Origin: Candidatus Saganbacteria bacterium
GTDB lineage: Bacteria; Margulisbacteria; WOR-1; XYC2-FULL-46-14; WPAF01
Direction of reading: 5' to 3'
Length of the DNA: 64,000 nucleotides
Assembly (NCBI GenBank): GCA_009772965.1
Contig: WPAF01000001.1
Span: 78,639-142,638 of the forward strand
The notes under the pieces: generated by a model
Told to the model about the DNA's origin: nothing
Databases searched by the model: none
Seen by the model: the letters and a program-made list of their open reading frames with translations, nothing else
Program-made: the position numbers and the translations under genes
Shown here: piece by piece, positions 27,632 to 36,400 of the stretch
How positions within the stretch are numbered: the stretch's first letter is position 1
How the letters are laid out: every line of letters begins with the position of its first letter

Positions 27632-28725
27632 TTACGTTTCCCTATAATTTTCCCAGGGACTCCTTCCACAACAGAATTATCCGGAATATCTCTTGTCACA
27701 CTACTTCCGACACCGATAATTACCTTGCTGCCAATTTTAACTTTCGTTGAAATACAGGCACCAATACCAACAATAGTTTGATTCCTAATTTCAATATTAC
27801 TGCCCAGAGAAACTCCCGGAGCCAAGTGACAGCCTTCTTCGATTATGTTGTCGTGCGCTATCATTACTCCGTTATCAATAATACAGCAGTCTCCGATAAT
27901 AGTGTTTGTCTCAATAATTGCCCCCGCTTTAATAAAAACCCCCTCGCCCAAAGTTACCGAAGGCGCAATAAAAGCTTTAGGATGTACAACATTAATATAC
28001 TTTAATCCAAAATTTTTCAGTTTTCCCCTTAGATTTAATCTGAATTCTGAATTTGCGATCTCTGAAGCTACTCCGACAACTCCATTCTTCTTTATTTCTT
28101 CTAACCGATCGCCACTTAAACATTGAATCCCTTCCACCTCAGAACCAATGTTGGGGTTGTCATCAATAAAATAGCCCACTTCGTATCCCCCCATTAGTTC
28201 TACGCATTCCTTAATCGTTAATCCCCCACGACCTGCGCCATAAATTGCAATGCGTTGCTTGTGATTAGTTTTCTTCTTCTCAATAAAAGCTTTTATGTCT
28301 TTCTCTCTTATAATTCCGATTTTTTCTACGCTAGAAATATTTATTCCCAATGAATCAGCCAAAGCCCTTGCTTTATTTGTTATCTTTTTTTTCGCAACAA
28401 AAACATTTTTTGTTGTGTCTGCAACCTTTTCATTGTTCTCTTGAACAGAAACAGGGATTTCATAATCGCAAGAATCGGAGATATAACCAATGGTATCTCT
28501 GATTCTAATTTGCTCTCCAGCCATGGCCTTCATAAAAATAAACCCAGATTCTTCTGCTGTTAATTCTGTTGCGACTTTAGTTGTTTCAATAATACATATT
28601 GGGTCACCTTTACTCACTTTTGCTCTGTCGCTAACAAGCCATTCAACAAGCATAGCAAAATCATCATTAACCCCCAGTTGAGGAATTTTAATTTCGTAAA
28701 CAGCATGCATTATATTACCTTCCAA
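27628..28725 (-). CDS. Fusion protein: lipoyl domain + peripheral-subunit-binding-like segment + NeuD/PglD-type sugar N-acyltransferase (left-handed beta-helix)
   Basis: N-terminus: IKIPQLGVNDDFAMLVEWLV...IIETTKVATEL, with candidate lipoyl-Lys50 at codon 28576-28578. Middle: KARALADSLGINISSVEKIGIIREKDIKAFI. C-terminus: RIAIYGAGRGG...YFIDDNP plus hexapeptide repeats ending VVEGVPGKIIG. No E2 catalytic-domain signature was recognised. Confidence 0.8.
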   Translation of the reverse strand: MEGNIMHAVYEIKIPQLGVNDDFAMLVEWLVSDRAKVSKGDPICIIETTKVATELTAEESGFIFMKAMAGEQIRIRDTIGYISDSCDYEIPVSVQENNEKVADTTKNVFVAKKKITNKARALADSLGINISSVEKIGIIREKDIKAFIEKKKTNHKQRIAIYGAGRGGLTIKECVELMGGYEVGYFIDDNPNIGSEVEGIQCLSGDRLEEIKKNGVVGVASEIANSEFRLNLRGKLKNFGLKYINVVHPKAFIAPSVTLGEGVFIKAGAIIETNTIIGDCCIIDNGVMIAHDNIIEEGCHLAPGVSLGSNIEIRNQTIVGIGACISTKVKIGSKVIIGVGSSVTRDIPDNSVVEGVPGKIIGKRK

Positions 28726-28746
28726 TTTATCTGCTCCTCATAATTA

Positions 28747-29757
28747 TTAGTTGCATGTTGTTTTGTCGAATTTTTCTAAGATTTGAGTAGCAACTCTGCT
28801 GCTTCCTATTCCATCTACATATTTTTTCCCAATCTCACTTGCTTCTTTTCTTATTTGCTGACTCCTCAATTCATCAAAACAATTTTTTACATTTTCAAGA
28901 AAGCGGGAGTCGTTATACCACCCTGCATATTTCATAAAACCAACTTCAGACCATCCCTTAAGATTCATCTCTTGATTATCAGCCACACAAATGCCAATTG
29001 CTGGCGTGCCAGTAACTGCCAGCTCAAAAGTGGTTTGTCCGCCCGCAGAAATTGCAATGTCACAGCTAAGCATTAAATCCCGCATTGCTTCGGCGCCAGG
29101 CTTAAAAATAAATCTTACCTTTTTGTTATTTTTATATTCATCCATATAATCAGTATTTATAAAACCCCAACCAATAACTACATTTAAGGTACAATCAAAA
29201 TTATTTAAAAGTAGTTCCATTATACGTGGGGTCGAGTTATTTGCATCATCCCCCCCAAAAGTTATAAGGACATTATTTATGTCTTTTTTTATAATTCGAT
29301 CATATGGCTTACAAAATTCTCTTCTTAAAAACGCATATTCAGAACCCAAAAGATAGATTATGTCCTCTTTTTCGGGATAACTAAACTTTCTAGCACAAAC
29401 CGATCCGTTGAGCACAATGCCAGACGGATAGTTAATTCGGTTAAAATCATCCAAACATACTAAAAGCTTAACCATTTTAGAAAGCCCTATATATTCCTCT
29501 GCTTTCATCTTATATGAATCTATTACTAACACATCTATCCCTTTTACCAGTTCGCTGGTACGCTCATAAGCATTTTGCCAATCAAAAGTAAAATGTTTAA
29601 TTACATTCTTAAACTGCCCCAAGACACTTTCATCAGAATTAACAATAAAAAATGGTTTTGCCCCTCTTTTTTCAAGCTCATAATACAAAGAAAGACAACG
29701 CATAATATGCCCAAAACCAATACCCTTTCCACCCTCAGTGCGGATTGCAATCTTCAT
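28747..29757 (-). CDS. pseG: PseG-like UDP-sugar hydrolase (GT-B fold)
   Basis: MKIAIRTEGGKGIGFGHIMRCLSL matches the PseG N-terminal signature (xIGxGHxxR). 4-nt overlap with the cytidylyltransferase gene. Confidence 0.65.
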   Translation of the reverse strand: MKIAIRTEGGKGIGFGHIMRCLSLYYELEKRGAKPFFIVNSDESVLGQFKNVIKHFTFDWQNAYERTSELVKGIDVLVIDSYKMKAEEYIGLSKMVKLLVCLDDFNRINYPSGIVLNGSVCARKFSYPEKEDIIYLLGSEYAFLRREFCKPYDRIIKKDINNVLITFGGDDANNSTPRIMELLLNNFDCTLNVVIGWGFINTDYMDEYKNNKKVRFIFKPGAEAMRDLMLSCDIAISAGGQTTFELAVTGTPAIGICVADNQEMNLKGWSEVGFMKYAGWYNDSRFLENVKNCFDELRSQQIRKEASEIGKKYVDGIGSSRVATQILEKFDKTTCN

Positions 29758-30482
29758 TTTTGTGCCTCCGGAATCAGTTTTCTATTTAAAACATATTCTA
29801 ATAAATAGAAATCTTCTTCATGATCAACTTCTAATATATAAGGGAAATCATGGATAAACGGCATTATTCTTCCCATGTAAAAATGCCCGTCTATTTGAGG
29901 TATGGATTCATCCATCAAGACTTTTGTTTTAATCGCCTGCACTGATCCATCATGCATATACGTCTTTGGCATTTCCTGCGTTCTAAAACGCAATACCATG
30001 GGTTTTTCTCTGAATTCTAAGAGATCTCCTCGAATAATTTTCATTGATTCCGGATGTTGATCTGCTTCGAAAACAGTAGACACGGTATCTGTTTTTTCAA
30101 AATTATCGATCAATTTTTTAATGACCCGATCAACCAATCCCTTTTCCCTAAAAGGAACATTGGGCTGCAACCAAACCACGATATCGGGAAGCCAACCTTC
30201 TGATCTTTCAATTTCTTTAACCGCATGCCTTAGAGCAAAATAAATGGGGGCTTCATCAGTGGCATACTCAATCGGGCGCATAATACACTTAACCCCTTCT
30301 TTTAGAGCTATCACAGCAATTTTTTCATCATCGGTAGAGACTACGCTTATAGCAACACTTTGTGCTTCTTGCGCATCCCTTATTGTATAAGCAATCAATG
30401 GGATGCCATTCAAAAGTCGAATATTCTTATTTTTTACGCGTTTACTTCCGCCCCGTGCAGGAATAACACATAAAGTTTTCAT
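29754..30482 (-). CDS. pseF: CMP-nonulosonic acid synthetase (acylneuraminate cytidylyltransferase family)
   Basis: CVIPARGGSKRVKNKNIRLLNGIPLIAYTI. Confidence 0.8.
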   Translation of the reverse strand: MKTLCVIPARGGSKRVKNKNIRLLNGIPLIAYTIRDAQEAQSVAISVVSTDDEKIAVIALKEGVKCIMRPIEYATDEAPIYFALRHAVKEIERSEGWLPDIVVWLQPNVPFREKGLVDRVIKKLIDNFEKTDTVSTVFEADQHPESMKIIRGDLLEFREKPMVLRFRTQEMPKTYMHDGSVQAIKTKVLMDESIPQIDGHFYMGRIMPFIHDFPYILEVDHEEDFYLLEYVLNRKLIPEAQK

Positions 30483-31852
30483 GCAATTTTCTCCATTTTT
30501 GTATGTCTTTTTGTATTCCAGGCCTTTAATTCTTTTATCATATCTTCTCTAATTTCAAACAACTCCTCATTTGACCAATGGGTAAAATTGACCAATATTT
30601 GCTCTCCCTGCTCCCACAATTTACAAATATACTCAAATTCATTTTGGATCAGCCCTTTTTTTAACGCATAATCATATAATTCCGTCCCTGGGTAGGCTGT
30701 TGCAAAGAATATGGCTTCAGGGATAAAATCAATATCTTTACAAAACCCAACTGTCTCTCGGATTGTTTCTTTGGTTTCCCCTGGTAATCCAAGGACAAAT
30801 GTCCCCCCCACCTCGCCAAACACTTCCCGCGTAAGTTTAATGGCATTCTTGGTTTGCTCAACCGTAACATTTTTTTTCATCAGATCAAGCATCTTCTGGC
30901 TGCCGGACTCAATCCCATAACCAACCATATTACAACCCACTTCTTTCAAGTTTTGCAAAACTTCTTTATCTACCAAATTAACCCTGCCCGCAAAACAAAA
31001 TTGAAACCCCGGCTTTTCCTTTCTCATTAAGCCGCAAAAATCATCAATAAACCTTCGGTTGATCATTGATTCATCATCTGCCCAAATAAAATAAGTAACG
31101 CCATAATGCTCATTTAAAAAGCGCATCTCTTTTAAAACATATTCCGGCGAATGATGCCGATACCCTGCTCCCATAAAATCGTGATAGCAAAAAATACACT
31201 TATACGGGCATCCCCGAGTAACATTAATATTTGTTGACTTAGGCACGCCCGATTCAACCTGCTTCCCGTCTGCCCACTTATTCTTATTAATATGTCCAAC
31301 CGGATTGTTAACATAGATATCCATGGGGAATAGGTCATAAGCGGGCAAGGGGATAGCATCTAAATCGGCAATTGGTTTTCTCGCTGGTTTTTTTATAATT
31401 TTGCCGTCTTCACCTTTATAGTAGATCCCGGCCACGTTACCTAAATTGTCATTTTTGCTTATTGCATTTACAATTTCAACAATTGTAATTTCTCCCTCAC
31501 CGATACAAGCAATATCAGCTTGAGTGTTAGCTAAAATAAGTTCCGGAATAGAAGTGGAAACTCCTCCTCCTAAAATAATCTTCGCAGCGGGGCGATATTT
31601 TTTTATGGCTGCCACTAGCCATGTAATATATTTGGCGGTGGTCACAATTCCACCCGTACCTACAATATCATATTGCAGGCTCTGCAATTTATCCTCAACC
31701 TGTTCTTTTGTGTAACGAAAAGCATTGATATCTAATACTCCAACTTCATGTCCCGCTTCCCGCAAAACACTTGCCAGATAAGCCAACCCCAGGGGAACGC
31801 AATTTGGCGCAGCCCATTCCCTAATGGGTGGATTGATCAACAAAACCTTCAT
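30479..31852 (-). CDS. Cobalamin(B12)-binding-domain radical SAM enzyme (class B)
   Basis: KVLLINPP...LGLAYLASVLREAGHEVGVLD B12-binding region and CPYKCIFC cluster motif. Confidence 0.85.
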   Translation of the reverse strand: MKVLLINPPIREWAAPNCVPLGLAYLASVLREAGHEVGVLDINAFRYTKEQVEDKLQSLQYDIVGTGGIVTTAKYITWLVAAIKKYRPAAKIILGGGVSTSIPELILANTQADIACIGEGEITIVEIVNAISKNDNLGNVAGIYYKGEDGKIIKKPARKPIADLDAIPLPAYDLFPMDIYVNNPVGHINKNKWADGKQVESGVPKSTNINVTRGCPYKCIFCYHDFMGAGYRHHSPEYVLKEMRFLNEHYGVTYFIWADDESMINRRFIDDFCGLMRKEKPGFQFCFAGRVNLVDKEVLQNLKEVGCNMVGYGIESGSQKMLDLMKKNVTVEQTKNAIKLTREVFGEVGGTFVLGLPGETKETIRETVGFCKDIDFIPEAIFFATAYPGTELYDYALKKGLIQNEFEYICKLWEQGEQILVNFTHWSNEELFEIREDMIKELKAWNTKRHTKMEKIA

Positions 31853-34131
31853 TTTGACCTCTTTAAAACATTAATATTCCGACATTTAAACTTGCGAATC
31901 TCACCATTATTTGAATCAACAACAATAAGCTGGGAGAAACCCATTTGTTTGACTTTCACGCAAAGAACGGCAGGATTTTTATCAGCAGAAGATTGCGGCC
32001 TTTCTCTTGGTTGATAAAATGGATAATACCCCTTTAAGAAATATATTTCATGTGCTTTATCTCCAAATGGAGGCAACCCGTCAATCAGCGCAATTTCCGT
32101 TAGAGCCGGCATTATAAACGGAACATGTCCTCTTTTTTTCGAAGAATACCAACACGACTCAACATTTGAAGCAAATAACAATGTTTTATTCTTTTCATAA
32201 TGCGGTAATTCGCCTAAAACTGAAACAGATTTCATCAATTTATATCTTGCGTTCTTTTTTAATCCGTTGCTAATAGAATCTTTGTTGTATAACGGACGGA
32301 TCAATGCCAATGTTTTTCCTATGTTTTTTTCTCTTCTGAACTGTTTTTCAATATCAGAAAAAGAAATTGGCTGATCACGCTTGTTTATAATCGCGATTCG
32401 ATAATCTATATTCTGCTCCAAAGTGTGATGGAACTTTGCTTTGGCATAAAACACCATGGCAACGACAAAAAATGAAAATATTAAAAACAAAAAAACATCA
32501 ATCATTTTCCTGGAAATACAAATATTCCCTTTAAAGAATTTGATGCTATTTTTATCCGGTAAAAACCTCGGCAAATATGCCAGCAAAAACAACATTGCAA
32601 TTATTCCTTGATAGTCCGCAAAATAGCCTTCTCCTCCAGAATTGATAAACAAAAATACTCCGGGCAAAAAGCCAAACAAAGCTAGAATAACTACCGTTTC
32701 AATGTCAACAAACTCATTTCTTCGCACCGCTTCATAAAACATACCTAGTGTTCTGACTTTTGTTTTATATATTCGCAAACCAATAAAGGTAATGGCAAGA
32801 AAATAATATAATAAAAAATAAACAGGAAGCAGGATGTGCGGAATGATACGAACAATATTACGCATCAAACTAGAATTGATTATTGTTAAAGGCGTATCTC
32901 CAGCCCCGCTATGAACTGAATGAGAGCCAAGGTTAAGAACTAAATATGGGTGAAATGCCACAATATATGAGGCGATTGATAAAATACACATCAAAATAAA
33001 ACTTATTGCAAATATTGGCCTCCTATATAATCTCATACGTAAAAAGAAATACCATCCCAACACCATTATTAAATAACCGATAGAAGCCTTAGCTAAAACG
33101 ATAAAACCCACAATAATTGGGACAATAACCAATAAAAAAAGACTATTGCCCGGAGTAAATCCTTCTTCTTTATTTGTGGACCAAAATCGGGCAAAAAGAG
33201 ATAATAGCAAAAGTGAAATAATGATCGAGAAAGCGTACGATTCACTAATATACCGATCATATCTAATGGCATAGTCAAATAGATTATAAAAACCAAAATT
33301 CAAAACACCGATCTGCATTATTATCAAAAGGATCCAAAATTTTATATCTGTTCCAATATTGAATTTCATATCCGGCAGCACAAGGCGCCTTATTTCAAAA
33401 ACAAACGACAGCATTACATTTATAAAAAGCGGGATAATAATAACCGGAAATCCCAGCTGATAAAATGTTATTGTTTTAATCTTTAACAAGCTGGAAAGAT
33501 GCGCAAAAATCAAATGACTTCCAAAATGATATCCAGTAAAGGGCACACCATTTAATCCGGTAGAAACTATCCCATATGTTTTAAGCATGCCCGCAATAGA
33601 ACTATGATACAGCGTATCTACATGTCCAAATCCGTAAAACACTCCTTCATAAAAGAGCGGATTAAGATACCCAGAACCCCAAACCAATCCCATTAACCAC
33701 AAAGAATATAAAATTATAAGCAATCCTGCTGGAATAAGAACAAGCGGTTTTACTTGCCTTAAACAATCAAATGCGCACCAAGCAAATAATGTCACCCCTA
33801 TTACGACAAATAATAAACTGATATTCATTCCAGTAAACGCTACCAAAATCCCTGCGCTAATGACAAAGAATAAAGCTAAAAGCAAAATCATTGCATCGCA
33901 AACCAACCAGGATTCTTTTTCTTTAATATTAAATCGCTGTTGAATATGCCTAATTCCAGATGGGAGCAAAATGATAAACCAACTGGTAGCCAACACAGTG
34001 AACACAGAAAATAACGATGTATCCCCTGAATTATCAAAACCTATTCTAAAGAAACAAAAAAAGGCCGCTAATACTAAAGCCACAACAGCAGAAAAAAAGG
34101 CGCCTATATTTTTTACCTGTGAATATGCCAT
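31849..34131 (-). CDS. Polytopic membrane protein with a C-terminal soluble domain (candidate GT-C-type glycosyltransferase or polymerase)
   Basis: 760 aa. The first ~560 aa are dominated by hydrophobic helices and the last ~200 aa are hydrophilic. No family motif was recognised with certainty. Confidence 0.45.
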   Translation of the reverse strand: MAYSQVKNIGAFFSAVVALVLAAFFCFFRIGFDNSGDTSLFSVFTVLATSWFIILLPSGIRHIQQRFNIKEKESWLVCDAMILLLALFFVISAGILVAFTGMNISLLFVVIGVTLFAWCAFDCLRQVKPLVLIPAGLLIILYSLWLMGLVWGSGYLNPLFYEGVFYGFGHVDTLYHSSIAGMLKTYGIVSTGLNGVPFTGYHFGSHLIFAHLSSLLKIKTITFYQLGFPVIIIPLFINVMLSFVFEIRRLVLPDMKFNIGTDIKFWILLIIMQIGVLNFGFYNLFDYAIRYDRYISESYAFSIIISLLLLSLFARFWSTNKEEGFTPGNSLFLLVIVPIIVGFIVLAKASIGYLIMVLGWYFFLRMRLYRRPIFAISFILMCILSIASYIVAFHPYLVLNLGSHSVHSGAGDTPLTIINSSLMRNIVRIIPHILLPVYFLLYYFLAITFIGLRIYKTKVRTLGMFYEAVRRNEFVDIETVVILALFGFLPGVFLFINSGGEGYFADYQGIIAMLFLLAYLPRFLPDKNSIKFFKGNICISRKMIDVFLFLIFSFFVVAMVFYAKAKFHHTLEQNIDYRIAIINKRDQPISFSDIEKQFRREKNIGKTLALIRPLYNKDSISNGLKKNARYKLMKSVSVLGELPHYEKNKTLLFASNVESCWYSSKKRGHVPFIMPALTEIALIDGLPPFGDKAHEIYFLKGYYPFYQPRERPQSSADKNPAVLCVKVKQMGFSQLIVVDSNNGEIRKFKCRNINVLKRSK

Positions 34132-34147
34132 TTACATTTCCTTTCCT

Positions 34148-35725
34148 TTATCCGTTATTAACCAAAGTGTTTTTTGCCATGGCTTCCATGCATTTTTCCA
34201 ACTCTATTATACGATCATATCTATTTTTATTTTGAATCCTTATCGTCTGGCCAGCAATTCCTTTCTTGCCAACCACATCTTGCGAACTCTTTGACAAGAA
34301 ATCATAAAAATAATGTTTGAGCGTCCTCACGATCAATTCAACGTACTCCCTCAAAGTATGCTTAAAATAAAATATTTTTCTCCCGTATGTTGTGATCGCA
34401 AAAAAGTAATGAGTAAAAAAGAATAGTTTATTCGATTTCCAATAGATCAAGTGGTTAATGATAAGATTTCTCAAGGCCGGAAATTTCACCGCCACGATCG
34501 CCAGTTGGCAAAGATTGTACTGCGCATTCTTCTCCTTTTCCGGGAAGCAATCGAGCGGGCTGGCATTCCTCATGCCGTAATTGATATCCTCTTTATCCGC
34601 ATAATAAATACCGGCCTGTTTACAATAATCGCCGAGATCCGTTCCCGGATAAGGCATGAAAATAGAAAAATTCGGCATGTCAGGCTGCACCTTGATGGCA
34701 AAATCCACGGAAGCGATGTCCTGATCAAGAGTTGAGAACGGCAGCGCAAGCATTGTGTTCGCATAAACATTTATCTTGTGCTTTTTAAATATTTTGAAAG
34801 CTTCTTCCAGTTTTTCTTTGCTGATCCTGCGGCGCAACATGCGGTTTCGCAACATATCATCCCCTGCTTCGATAGACATACAAATAGAAAAACAGCCAGC
34901 TTTTTTCAAGTAATATGCCATTTCATCGCTTATTGTTTCCGAACGCAATAAACAATAAAAGGGTATTTTAATTTCTTCTGCCCATCGCTTAGCAAATTCC
35001 TTTAACCAATCATCAACTTTATGAACAAAAACATCATCCTGCATTCTTACAAAAGCAACCCTATAATTTTTAACGAGTTCTTTGGTTTCCCTTATTATGG
35101 AATCAACACTTCGCCGGCGGACAATCTTGCCCTTTCCTTTATACAAAGCGTTGAATCTGTTATTGAAACAATAAGGGCAAGGATACGGGCATCCCCTGCT
35201 TGCCCAGATACCTTTGATGCCGAATTTCGCCATTTCAGGGTACTGATAAACGAGATCCCTGTCCATAAATGGAAGAGCATCAAGGTCTTCGATAAAATCC
35301 ATCAACTCCAGCTTTGAATCGCTGGAAACCATGATGTTCGGTATGCCTTCCAAGCTCTTGCCCTTTTCCAGATTATTTACCACTTCAAGGATCGCTTTAT
35401 CTCCCTCCCCGACACAAATCGCATCAATATTGGGATCATCGATACAACTTCTATCAAGGGTAGCGTGCGGCCCGCCAAGCAGAGTAAAAACCTTTTTCCT
35501 CATCCTCAAATTGTCATTAAACTTCTTCATATCAGCCATATCAACCGACATCATGCTGTACGCGATCATATCAGGCTTCCATGAATCTATTTTCGCCTCG
35601 ACGTTTTCCTGCTGGAGGACGCCCAACGTCGTCTGATGCCCTTTTTGTTTGACGATTGCGGAAAGCATCATCGGCCCGAACGGCTCATTCACGCCCAGAT
35701 CATTGATAATAAACATTATTTTCAT
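34148..35725 (-). CDS. Cobalamin(B12)-binding-domain radical SAM enzyme (class B)
   Basis: MKIMFIINDLG...LSAIVKQKGH B12-binding region and CPYPCPYC cluster motif. Confidence 0.85.
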   Translation of the reverse strand: MKIMFIINDLGVNEPFGPMMLSAIVKQKGHQTTLGVLQQENVEAKIDSWKPDMIAYSMMSVDMADMKKFNDNLRMRKKVFTLLGGPHATLDRSCIDDPNIDAICVGEGDKAILEVVNNLEKGKSLEGIPNIMVSSDSKLELMDFIEDLDALPFMDRDLVYQYPEMAKFGIKGIWASRGCPYPCPYCFNNRFNALYKGKGKIVRRRSVDSIIRETKELVKNYRVAFVRMQDDVFVHKVDDWLKEFAKRWAEEIKIPFYCLLRSETISDEMAYYLKKAGCFSICMSIEAGDDMLRNRMLRRRISKEKLEEAFKIFKKHKINVYANTMLALPFSTLDQDIASVDFAIKVQPDMPNFSIFMPYPGTDLGDYCKQAGIYYADKEDINYGMRNASPLDCFPEKEKNAQYNLCQLAIVAVKFPALRNLIINHLIYWKSNKLFFFTHYFFAITTYGRKIFYFKHTLREYVELIVRTLKHYFYDFLSKSSQDVVGKKGIAGQTIRIQNKNRYDRIIELEKCMEAMAKNTLVNNG

Positions 35726-35731
35726 CAGTTG

Positions 35732-36379
35732 TTATTCCACTCGCTTCTTTCCTGCTTTAATGACCAGGCAGGTGTACGGCACATAATACATGTTATTTAA
35801 TACATACTCTTCGGTGATGGAATAATCTCGGCCGACTAATCCCTCATATTCACTCTTTGTCCTGACGTTTTGCCCGCGGTCTTTAGACATGATGTATCTG
35901 GCCAGCCACGACTGATTTTCTATTTTAATTATGTCAATCGTCGACAGATAGCCGTCGTCTTTTAAGCATGCAAAAGCAATTTTAAAAACTCTTTTTGCGT
36001 CATCATTATTGAGATGATGGACGATATCATTGATCATCACAATATCAAAGGCACTCCCTCCTTTTACTTTCAACGAAGCAGCATCCTGGCAATAAAATTG
36101 CCCTCTTCCTCGAAATTTTTTCGAAGCGTAATCAATATATTCAGGTTGAAGATCGTAACCGTGATAATCAATACCTTCCGGCAAGTGTTCAAGAATATCC
36201 GCTGTGCCGCAACCGATATCCAGGATTCTCATTCCGCTGCGAGGATTCATGATAGAAACATAGCGCGCTTTGCAACGACTTAAACCTAGAAGTTTTTGAA
36301 ATTTATCAAAAATAAATGGATTAGAAAGGATTGATCGAAATCCCCTTCGTACATGCGCATCTTCTTTTTTTAATCCCAA
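35732..36379 (-). CDS. Class I SAM-dependent methyltransferase
   Basis: ILDIGCGTADIL motif I. Confidence 0.8.
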   Translation of the reverse strand: MGLKKEDAHVRRGFRSILSNPFIFDKFQKLLGLSRCKARYVSIMNPRSGMRILDIGCGTADILEHLPEGIDYHGYDLQPEYIDYASKKFRGRGQFYCQDAASLKVKGGSAFDIVMINDIVHHLNNDDAKRVFKIAFACLKDDGYLSTIDIIKIENQSWLARYIMSKDRGQNVRTKSEYEGLVGRDYSITEEYVLNNMYYVPYTCLVIKAGKKRVE

Positions 36380-36400
36380 CTTAACACCCCCAATAAAACA

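Noticed and set aside
25121-28725. Reading the E1 alpha/beta plus lipoyl protein set as an ordinary pyruvate or acetoin dehydrogenase complex of central metabolism.
   Set aside because: The lipoyl protein carries a NeuD-type hexapeptide acyltransferase where I could recognise no E2 catalytic-domain signature. No E3 is adjacent, and the genes are wedged between the pseG-like and pseI-like genes. This still needs a domain scan to confirm.
34570-34770. Same-strand alternative-frame ORFs inside larger genes. Examples are 3168-3392, 5836-6195, 16426-16662, 30661-30870, 31132-31359, 33093-33296, 34570-34770, 35095-35283, 40994-41179, 56881-57156 and 62941-63168.
   Set aside because: They are nested out of frame within well-supported CDSs and have no motifs and no independent start context.
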